Below are positions 54,601 through 64,000 of a stretch of 64,000 bases of DNA, piece after piece. The position numbers were made by a program, and so were the translations under genes. Below the pieces are notes generated by a model, which ran no database searches, had not been told where the DNA came from, and worked only from the letters and a program-made list of their open reading frames with translations. The first letter of the stretch is position 1. Each line of letters starts with the position of its first letter. Source of the DNA: a virus; IMG/VR virus record IMGVR_UViG_3300045988_110853, positions 68,077 through 132,076 of that record. One strand, written 5' to 3'.

Positions 54601-57600
54601 AATGAAACTTATTCTAAGCATCCGATAGAAGATTATCAAGATTCTTTTGATAAATATAACTTATATGGAGATGTTAATGATTATAGGACTTCTGTAAAAG
54701 GATATCCTGTTTTAGCATTCCATTGGCCCTCTACTAATGATAATGAATATAGTGAAAAAGATATTATTTATATCGGAAAATATAATATGTTGTTAGATAA
54801 AGGCTCTGATGAGTGTTATGGATTTAAGCCTAATAAAAAAATATTATAGAATTAGATTGAAGGGACTCCAAAAGTAAGAGATATTGTTGAGTGCTGGGAA
54901 TTTTAGAATAACTCAAGAACATACTGCTCTTTCCGTGATCCTTGGAATAGATATAAATTATCTTTTAGACCTCCATTAATGGATGATATTAATTCAGCAG
55001 GTTATTTGACTTCTGGTGGGGCTCCAATGGTTGCTGATTCTTTTGAAGTTAGATATAATTCTAATGATGATTTAATCGGTGATGTATTATTTAAATGTAC
55101 TTCTGCTGAAGCTACTGATGCTGATAAAATAATTAAATATACTGATGGTATAAATAATACTGTTCCTAGTAGATTAAAATCAGAAATAATTGTTGATGAA
55201 ACTACGGGAACTAAACATAAATAGTGGACTATTACAAATCCAGGCCAAGAACCTGTTATATTTGATATAAAGAAAAGAAAGACTTCTCGTGAGTTATTGT
55301 TAGCTTTAATGTCAAATTGGGAAGATGCTGTTAGTTGGGTTTGGAGTACTTGTTTAGATTGCAGTATCGATTTTGATGGAACTTTATATGAAATTCCATC
55401 AATGGGAAAATATGAAGAAATAGATTTAGCTTAGGCTAAATATGAAGTAAATAAATATTATATATTTGATAAAACTGATGAAAATGGCAATGACACTTAT
55501 AAAATTGCCACTGAAGGATTTAACTCAGAGGAAAAATATTATATTTATAATAATGATAGTAAAGCTTATAGTATAATTAAATTAACTGATGATGATAATA
55601 AGATTTATTAGATTAATAAATATTATATTTTATAGGACACAAATAATAAAATATATGTTTTAGACTCAGAAAAATTTAATCCATATATAACTTATTATTC
55701 TTTTATTGAAGATGAAAATTAGATTGATGATAAATGGTTATTATCTGCCCCAGTAACCTATAATTCAATTACTTATACTAAAGATAGCAAAGAATATCGT
55801 CAAGCAAAGTTTAAAAATGAATTAAGTAATTATTTTAATATTGAATATTTAGCAACTTATTTCTTAATGACTGAAATTTTTGAATGTTATGACTCTCGTG
55901 GTAAGAATGCAATGTTTGCTTCTTGGGGTCCACAGAAAGGAAATATTGAAAAATCTACGGGAATTTAGCATTATATTTGGTATCCTATTTTCTATGATAT
56001 TGACACTCAATTAGGTATTAATAACACTGGTATTCCATCATTTGAATATTACGTTGATGCTACCAAAGAAGGAAGTTATTCTACTAATGATAGTGTATTA
56101 TGGAATAATTTTTATACTTTCTTTGAAAGTAAAATTATTGATAAATATAAATAGTTAATGGGTCAAACAAATGAATCTTATAGTCCAAGTAAAGTTCAAC
56201 AAATTTTCAAAAGAGGAGAAAAAATTACTTCTAAAAAGAATGACATTGTTGATAAATGGTATAAAACTGATCCGAGTTTATTCCCAGGAAGCTATGTTGT
56301 ATAGGGCGAACGTCCTATCATTGCTTTAAATTTGGATGAAGAATACAAATATATTATTCCAACCAATTCAAAAGCTTTAGAAGCTCAAGGCGGAATTTTT
56401 GGCCGAATCAACGAAACAGGTCAATATGTTAGAGAAACTGATTAGTATTTTTACGCTTTATAGGGCGACCGCAATCTTTATCGTTCTCAATTCTTAACTA
56501 ATCGTCTTAATTATATTGACTCTTGGTTAACTCTTGATGAATATTCTGCTGATGGAGGCAGTAATAAAGTTAGAAGCCGTATTTCTGCTAATAATCCAGA
56601 TACTACTTCTGATAAATGGGTTGAAGGAGCTACTGAAGGGTCTGGATTAATCAATTCTCAATATTGGAAAGATAATGTTGAGTTTGGGACTAAAAATCAT
56701 ATGTTTGATGGTGAATATTGGATTAATATAGAACCAGCACGTAGAGCTTATGTTACTGTTGGAACAGATACATCTAATTTCCAATCTTAGAAGTATGATG
56801 GTTTAATTCCTGTTAGATTTGAAGCTCCTGACTTAAAAAGGGGCATTATGTCTAGCCCCAATTATCGTGAATAGTTGTATTATATTTATGGTTTAGAGTA
56901 GATGAAATCTCTTGGAGATTTAAGTAAGTTATATTTTTAGGAATTTTCTTTAAATGGTAAAGCAAGTAAATTAGTTGATTTATTATTAGGATATGATGGA
57001 CTCTCAGAAGAAGGAGAAACATATCATAATAATAAAGTTAATAATTGGAGTTTTCCAAGTGAGGGAATGCCATTATTAAAAGAAATGAATCTCTGTGGAA
57101 TTCAATTTACAAATCCAATGTCTTTAGATTTAAGCAAAAGTGAAAAATTAGAAAACTTTAGAGATACTGATTCAAATATTTCTAAAGTCCAATTTGCTGA
57201 AGGTGTTGCTTTAAATACTTTATATTTAACTGATTATACAAATTATTTAAGTTTAATTGAAGCAAATCTTTTAACTAAATTAATTACTAGTTATGTTCGT
57301 CCAACTCTTAATACCCTTACTAATCGTCTCGAAGTCGCAGAAGAAAATAAAGGATTATACATTAAAGGTTTAACTGATACTAATGATAATTCCATTAAAA
57401 CGAATATAAAAACTTTTGATATTCGTGGGGGTAATTTAGATTATTACTCTTATGAGTTACTAAGACGTTATTACATTGGGTGTGAAAATAGTAAATTAAC
57501 TGGATGTGGAGTTAATTTAACTAATGTTTAGTGGAGTCCTTATAGACTATTAAATGATGATAAAGTTGAATTAGATAGTGTTAATATTGAGTATTATAAA

Positions 57601-59346
57601 GATAACGGGCATTTTCAATTAGAAAAAATTAACCCAGAAGATGTAAGTAAAATTACTCCAAGCGAAATAAAAAATAATTTAATTTATTATTATGATAATA
57701 GTGTAAATGGATATGATAATATTCACAATAAAGTTATTGATTATACTTTATTACGTAGTTTATATGATAAAGCTCCTGTTTGTTTTAAAGGTATTAATTA
57801 GATTTATCCTAATATAACTGGTATTATTTATATTGAAAATACTCAAGAGATAGAAGAACACGTAATTCAAGAAGAACTATAGAGTATTTATCCTAATTTA
57901 ACTATTTTTGTAAAAAATGTTAAGAAAGAGTATTCTGCTAAGTTTGTCCTTGAGCAAGAAGACGCAAATGGAGTATTAACTCAAGAAATTTTAAAAACTT
58001 AGAAATTACCTTTATTAAGCACCAAGTTCTTTGATAATCCTACTGATTCTTCAAGTGAAACTTATATCTCTTTTGGTAGTTTACAAGAAAAAATGCCAAC
58101 CTATAACTTTAAAGGTTGGGAAGACGATACTGGTGAATTAGTAATTACAGTTGGAAAAGATGTAAATGAAAAAGATGCTGTTTTAAAAGACAATTGGGGT
58201 TCTTTATCCTTACAATCTAATAAAATAGATTATATTTTTAAAGCAAGATTTGAGCGTAAGTCTTATACAATTACTTTTGTTAATGGCGACCGCGTTATTA
58301 ATGATTCAACTGTAAAGAAAGTATTTAATTATGGCGAAAGAATTACAGTTCCAGAGGAATTTTATTACTTTAATAATACAGAAGTAACAGATTTACCAAA
58401 CGGAGAGGATTCTTTAGAATGGACTTGGAGATAGACAGGATGGGCTGATAAAGAAGGAGTTAAAATTGATTTAACAAGATAGTTAGCTTATGCTGACCGC
58501 GAATTCTATGCTGTTGGAGAACCAGTTAGTGTTTATGATAATATCTTAGTTAATGATTCCACTCATAAATATTATGATATTATAAATTCTGATGGAGAAT
58601 TATCATTTGTAATGACTGATTTAGCTAAGAATTTAAAGGGTAAAATTACTTTACCTACAACTTATAATGGTTAGCCAATTACAAGAATTAGATATAGTCA
58701 AGTTAATCCATCCGCTTCTGTGGGTATCCAAGTAAATCCTAATATTACAGCAGTATTTTTTGCTCCAAAAGACAGTAATAAAATTTCTGTAATAGATGAT
58801 TATGCTTTTACTTTAGATAGTGGATTGGAATATTTTTAGTTTAGTGACTGTTTAAAGAAAATTGGTATTAAGGCATTTTATCAATGTCCTTTAAGTCGTA
58901 ATAATATAATTCCTTATTCTTCTTCTACGGAAGGTTTAACTTTTGGAGCTCAAGCGTTCTATCAAAGTAAGATGGGCTCTTATTCTCCTTATAATTTAAT
59001 TATAGAGGGATGTAAAGATGGTATTCTTAACTTTGATGTAAATGCATTCTCTGGTTAGACAATTTTAAATATGTCTGGTAATTAGTTTAAGGGCTATACT
59101 GGTGCTATTCAAGTATAGATTGGTACTAATAAACATCCAATTAAATAGATTACAGCAGATAGTTCTGGACATGTTTTCACTCCTCGTTAGACTGGCATGC
59201 CTACTGTCGCTAATGGATATACAGGTCGTTTTAGATATTATTATGTTGCTAGTTATGGTGAAAGTGTTAAGAATACTTTACATAGAATTTATGAAGCAAT
59301 GATATCTAATAGAGCAAACTTTGAAGAAGAACCTATTGTAAAGTGA
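51640..59346 (+). CDS. giant multidomain virion protein of about 2568 aa (about 70 TAG). It contains a BspA-type leucine-rich-repeat region and a segment resembling the CotH-kinase fold.
   Basis: An AAAGGAG ribosome-binding site precedes it. Seven track ORFs (52426 ... 58093) all lie in frame 1. The stretch 55201-57120 was verified codon by codon. BspA-like LRR segments read ...LEYFQFSDCLKKIGIKAFYQCPLS.... LRR segments also lie at about 57.0-57.5 kb. A CotH-like segment reads ...GKNAMFASWGPQKGN...HYIWYPIFYDIDTQLGINNTG. It ends in TGA. Confidence 0.6.
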
Positions 59347-59355
59347 GGATAAAAT

Positions 59356-59556
59356 ATGGAAAAAGAAATTGTTTATAGATATATGGGTTCTAATGGCATT
59401 ATTGAATCTTCTATATAGTTAGCAGGAGTGCCTGCGACTAAATTATATAGATTAATTACGGATTATAATAAAAAATTAACGAGAGATGGAAAAGAATTCT
59501 TTTCCATCTCTCCTTTAGTTCCCGAAGATGAATTAGAAGAATGGCATGAGGTTTAA
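59356..59556 (+). CDS. small protein (66 aa; 1 TAG)
   Basis: A GTGAGGATAAAAT ribosome-binding site precedes it. It ends in TAA. A terminator follows at 59583-59635. Confidence 0.4.
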
Positions 59557-59582
59557 ATAGGCCAGAATACATTGATTTAAAT

Positions 59583-59635
59583 ATAAAAAAAATTAGGTTA
59601 AATAGGAAAAGAAACTATTTAACCTAATTTTTTTA
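59583..59635 (+). terminator. hairpin ATTAGGTTAAATAG..CTATTTAACCTAAT plus a T-run
   Basis: Read directly. Confidence 0.6.
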
Positions 59636-59652
59636 GAAAGGAAGAGATAGAT

Positions 59653-61335
59653 TTGATAGTTAAAAATGATAGTGTTATCGAACAAGCTAAATGGGAAGAG
59701 CTTCAAAAGAAAATCAATACTTTAGCTAAAGATAACTCAATAAAAAACGTTAATGGAAAAATCGTTGAAATAAAATCTATTGAAGACTATTATAGTAATA
59801 TCACTGGTATCGTTCAAATGAAGAAATTAGATCCATCTGTTCTTCGTATACCTTTAGATGAACCTATTATAAATATAAATGCTGATACTCGTCAAATTGA
59901 ATTAACTAAAGAATTTGGAAAAACGCAATTACTTACTGTTGAAAACGATCATTTGGCAGAAACAATTTATTTTCAAATTGATAGATATTTTGATTTACAA
60001 GATTTAGCGGCTGATGATATTAAAATTTATATTCAGTATTATTTAAACGATCAAGTTCAAGGTTATTCTGAAGCTATTTGTCCTGATATTGGAACTGCTG
60101 GAAAATTGATTTTTGGATGGCAAATTAGTGATGAAGTGACTAGTGAATCTGGTACTTTATAGTTTTCTATTATTTTCTTTAAAAAGAATCCAAAAGATAA
60201 TAATAATTTAATGTATGTATTTAATACATTACCAGCGCAAATGGTTATTAATAAAACTTTAGACATTGATGAAGATTTAATCACTGCTTAGCCTGTTGAT
60301 TATTTAACTGGTTATTTAGAAAGCCTAATTGATTCAAAGAAATCTGCTGGTTTTGGTGTCCCTGATAATGTTGCTTTCTTGGCAAGTATTTTAAATGATA
60401 AATCTGTTTATTTGACAGGGGATAAATTATATGCTTTAGCCTATAATGATACTTTAAATAATCCAGATAATACTACTATTGAGTATAAATGGATTTGTAA
60501 TTATAGAGGAACTAATACTGAATTAAAAAGCGGTATTGGCTATGAATATAAGAAAATTATTGAAGATAATAGTATTTTTAGTGGAGATATGGTTTATAAT
60601 GAAAAATTAACTTATTTCACTAAAAATGGAGATTCTTATATTAATAGTAGTAGTGATATTAATCTTGAAAACTACACTGCCAAGAAGAATGATCTCTATC
60701 TAAAAGTTCAGTATTGCGAAGTTGATGGATGTGGAAGCTATAGCGTCACCGCATTCGGCGCAACCGCCAATCAAGTAAGCAAAGAAGTTAAATGGACTGG
60801 ATTGGCTATTTCTGTTGAAGGAATTAGTGAAGATTTTAGAATTGTTCTTGATCCTTCTCCTGATAATGGATGCTATTATGGTTCTTCTAATACTATTACT
60901 GCTGTTGGATAGAATGATAAAGGCGTCCAGTGTACTTATCTTTGGAAAAAGAATGGTTCTGATTTTAGTACTGATAAAACTGTAACTTTAACTGAAGAAG
61001 ATAATTACACTTTATCAGTTCATGGTTATAAAAATAAAGATAGTATCGATTATCCTACAATTAGTTTCACTAATTATTTTGACCCAACTAATTTAGTTCC
61101 TATCATTGATAAAAAAGTTAAAATTGAGAATGGAAAATATATTGTTACAGTTACTAATACTAGTGAATTAGGCAATGGTATTTATGAATATCAATGGAAA
61201 AATGCGTAGGGTGCTACTTTAAAGACAACTTCTGATAATTCAACAGAAGTAGATGAAAATATTACTCAAGGAGCTGTAATTATCCAGAAGGGTGAAAGAA
61301 AATCGCAACCAGGAACCTTTAAGATTGAGGGGTAA
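59653..61335 (+). CDS. structural protein, fibre or baseplate, with Ig-like repeats (560 aa; 4 TAG)
   Basis: A TTG start follows GAAAGGAAG. Track ORFs 59653 and 60379 share one frame. It ends in TAA. Confidence 0.5.
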
Positions 61336-61340
61336 GATAA

Positions 61341-61961
61341 ATGATAACTAATCCAACTGATTATTATAGTGTTTTACATCAAATACAAGATGAAAATTTT
61401 CCAGTTAAATATCCCGCTCTTCCCGCCCCAGAAGATGAGAAGTTGGTTTAGATAGATTTAAATTCAAGAACTATTAGTAATGAAAATAATTATATCACAG
61501 TTGAAGGCGATCACGCTGCTGAAATTATTTATTTTGAAATAGATAGATATTTTGATACTATGGATTTAACTAATATGATGTGTATTATTTAGTATATTAA
61601 TGCTGATAATGAAAAACGCATTTATCCAGTCCCATATTATGATACTTTAACTCATAAAGATAAAATTATTTTTCCTTGGGTTTTAAATTATAGTGCTACT
61701 AAGAAATCTGGCACTTTGAATTATATGATAACTTTTTATAAAATAGAAAAAGATTCTAATAATTTATTATATAATTTAAATACGTTACCAGCAAGCCTTT
61801 AGGTTTATTCTAAACTTAATTTAGATTCTATTGTAAAAGAAGAAGATTATTATGTAATTGATGATAGTCAAGTAGTACAACAAATTTGGGAGCGTTTAGC
61901 GCGTTTAGAAGGATTTGTTGGTGGTAATGGGTTGGATGTTTATTGGATTGTTCTCGAATAA
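61341..61961 (+). CDS. paralogue of the N-terminal domain of the upstream gene (206 aa; 3 TAG)
   Basis: It shares the motif GDHAAEIIYFEIDRYFD with NDHLAETIYFQIDRYFD of the upstream gene. It ends in TAA. A terminator lies at 61975-62005. Confidence 0.45.
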
Positions 61962-61974
61962 ATAAACCAAATGG

Positions 61975-62005
61975 TATAGAATTATTAATTTAATTCTATA
62001 CCATT
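61975..62005 (+). terminator. hairpin GGTATAGAATTA..TAATTCTATACC
   Basis: Read directly. Confidence 0.5.
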
Positions 62006-62034
62006 AATTTATAGAAAGGAGTTATTGAAGATCG

Positions 62035-63006
62035 ATGGCTCTATTTAAAATTTTAAAAGGTGATTCAGATAGATTAGTCACCTATGATGCGAAAGCGGTT
62101 AATGGGAAAATACCTTTTCCATCTTTAGATTCTGGAAAAACTTTATTTACAACAGTAGAAAGCACTCCTATTACAGAGGGTTACGCTTATTTTACAGAAG
62201 ATACTCATAAATTTTATATTGATACTGCGGATAAAAGATTAAATTTATATACCGACCATGCGGATTATGCTACTTATGATGAAAATGGTCGTAATTTAGC
62301 AGAATTGTCAGAAGTATCTTATGAAAATATTGATGATACTGGAGGGCAAATTGGAGTAATAAATATTAATGGTATTGAATATCCTGTTACTTGTCCTGCT
62401 GATATTGCTGGAAAAACTATAAATAAATATACTTTTGATGTTAGCGCAGATTAGACAGTTTTTAATATTCCTTTTAATTTTAGTGATAGTAGTACACTTA
62501 CTCTTTATTATAATGGCATTATGATTTAGGAAACAGAAAATTATACTATAAATGGTAATACTATTACTTTAAATGGTTGGAAAGGTGAGTAGGGAGATTT
62601 TCTAACCGTAATGGGTATTGAAGGAGCAGCGGGAGTTAATGTTGATGAAGATATTGTTCGTATCCAAACTGAATTAAATAAAGCTTTAGAAAAAATTAAT
62701 TCTTCTACCGAAAATTTAATTTACAAAAATAAATCTAATATATTAACTAAAGATGGTAAAATTACTATGGATAGTACTTATATCCCAACGCAGGACATGG
62801 ATTTAGTAACTAAAAAATACGTTGACAATGCCACTCCTCCTACAGTTGGAACTACTACTGATTATTCTATTTATATTGGATCAACACAGCCTGCTTCTGG
62901 CACCGCGCCTTTAATATGGATAGATACAACTGCTAAAACTGGCACTTTTAAATATAGAACTTCTACCACAGGCACTTGGACACCTGTTCCCGTGGCTTGG
63001 ATTTAA
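62035..63006 (+). CDS. tail fibre or structural protein (323 aa; 3 TAG)
   Basis: An AAAGGAG ribosome-binding site precedes it. Track ORFs 62035 and 62611 share one frame. It ends in TAA. Confidence 0.5.
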
Positions 63007-63040
63007 TATAAATTTATTGTAAGAAAAAGGAGATAATATT

Positions 63041-63451
63041 ATGGATCAAAATTTGATTAATCAATTATTTCAAGTATGTTTGATTCCTATGCTTGGCGCT
63101 TTAACTACTTTTATAGTTATTTGGATTAAAGCAAAAAGTGCGGAATTACAAAAGAAAACTGATAATGACATCTTAAATAAATACGTTTAGATGGCTACTG
63201 ATACAATTACCAACTGTGTTATTGCCACTAATCAAACTTATGTAAATTCTCTTAAAGAGCAAGGTAAATTTGATGAAGCCGCACAAAAAGAAGCCTTTTA
63301 GAAAACTTATCAAGCAGTATTACTTATTTTAAGTGATGATGCTAAAGAATATTTAAATAATGCTTTTGGTGATTTGAATAAATATTTACAAGAAAAGATT
63401 GAATCTACAGTAAATAATTATCGTACTCCAAGTGATGATTTAAAACAATAA
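63041..63451 (+). CDS. putative holin (136 aa; one N-terminal TM helix and a charged C-terminus; 2 TAG)
   Basis: An AAAAAGGAGA ribosome-binding site precedes it. The sequence starts MDQNLINQLFQVCLIPMLGALTTFIVIWIKAK.... It is the last gene of the late operon and ends in TAA. Confidence 0.35.
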
Positions 63452-63461
63452 AAATAAGGGA

Positions 63462-63490
63462 GACATTCTTAATTGAATGTCTCCCTTATT
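63462..63490. terminator. bidirectional hairpin AAGGGAGACATTC..GAATGTCTCCCTT plus a T-run between convergent genes
   Basis: Read directly. Confidence 0.65.
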
Positions 63491-63494
63491 TTTT

Positions 63495-64000
63495 TTATCT
63501 AAATGGATTTTTCCATCGTCGATTAATTTCTTCATATCCTTTTTTAGGAAAATATAAAACTTCACCATTTTTAAAAGTTAAATTATCTTTATTCATTATT
63601 TTAATTTGATTTAAATTAATAATTAAGCTCGGTGGAATAAATACAAAATCTGGATGATAAACTAAAGTCCCTATATAATTTTCAAAAGAAGTTTTTAGAG
63701 TTTTACTATTTAAAACTTCATCTTCTAAATGACAACATAAGTTTCGTTTTTGAATATCAGCATATAAAACTTTATTTAAATCAATTTTTATTTCTCCTTC
63801 TGGAGTATCTAAATATTTATATTCACGTCTTTTTTCTTCTCTAACTTCATGTAAAATAGAAAAAATTTTTTCTTCACTAACCGGTTTCTTGACAAAATTA
63901 AATGCCTTTACTTCATAAGAAGCTACTCCATAGCTTGTTTGAGAGGAAACAAAAATTATTTTTCCAATATACCCGCTTGTCCTTAAAAGATGAGCTATTT
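63495..64000 (-). CDS. LytTR-family (AgrA/ComE-like) response regulator, C-terminal part; the gene continues past the window edge
   Basis: The receiver-domain end reads ...KIIFVSSQTSYGVASYEVKAFNFVKKPV. The LytTR-like DNA-binding domain reads ...IKIDLNKVLYADIQKRNLCCHLEDEVL...DFVFIPPSLIINLNQI.... It is convergent with the holin-like gene, and a hairpin at 63462-63490 lies between them. Confidence 0.55.
   Translation of the reverse strand, partial: IAHLLRTSGYIGKIIFVSSQTSYGVASYEVKAFNFVKKPVSEEKIFSILHEVREEKRREYKYLDTPEGEIKIDLNKVLYADIQKRNLCCHLEDEVLNSKTLKTSFENYIGTLVYHPDFVFIPPSLIINLNQIKIMNKDNLTFKNGEVLYFPKKGYEEINRRWKNPFR

Noticed and set aside
18631-60284. Alternate-frame or antisense track ORFs inside late genes (18631..18885, 18725..18922, 18992..19306, 19383..19613, 19617..20060, 20103..20294, 20714..21274, 22102..22290, 26194..26601, 26373..26621, 34546..34797, 36329..36772, 36390..36584, 42087..42281, 45022..45240, 46224..46418, 48895..49170, 50729..50917, 51644..51868, 52992..53252, 59102..59302, 60063..60284)
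   Set aside because: They overlap well-supported TAG-read-through genes in other frames or strands. They lack ribosome-binding sites and are low-complexity translations of AT-rich DNA.
11373-63451. Possibility that TGA is also recoded (code 4) or that TAG-split fragments are pseudogenes
   Set aside because: TGA and TAA are each followed at once by a Shine-Dalgarno and start of the next gene and are never internal to a coherent frame. Hundreds of in-frame TAGs with perfectly maintained frames over 52 kb are incompatible with pseudogenisation.
1-64000. Integrase, transposase or other mobile-element hallmarks
   Set aside because: No recombinase-like ORF or terminal inverted repeats were identified in either module.

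Overview
The window holds two contrasting modules, most simply read as the early and late regions of one tailed phage of a low-GC Gram-positive (Firmicutes-type) host. (1) Positions 1–10.6 kb are about 48% GC and carry about 31 very small minus-strand genes of 23–157 aa. Nearly every gene has its own consensus sigma-A-type promoter (TTGACA-N17-TATAAT) and a strong AAGGAG/GGAGG ribosome-binding site. Hairpin terminators and a repeated roughly 200-bp intergenic cassette separate them. All of these genes terminate with TAA or TGA. This looks like a phage early/host-takeover module and includes an AbrB/SpoVT-family regulator. (2) Positions 11–63.5 kb are about 30% GC and carry a plus-strand structural/late operon: large terminase, portal, scaffold, major capsid, connector proteins, major tail protein, chaperone-like protein, a tape measure of about 2970 aa, a distal-tail-like protein, baseplate and fibre proteins, a giant protein of about 2570 aa, and a holin-like protein. 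These genes are intact only if TAG is decoded as a sense codon. In-frame TAG codons number in the hundreds, every gene ends in TAA or TGA, and no gene in the window uses TAG as a terminator. The supplied ORF track therefore fragments each late gene at TAG, and I merged same-frame fragments. Highly expressed late genes such as the major capsid protein almost avoid TAG, while accessory and tail genes are full of it. The right end (63.5–64.0 kb) is the C-terminus of a convergent LytTR-type response regulator, which may be host flank or phage cargo. No tRNA, rRNA, CRISPR array, integrase or transposase is visible.
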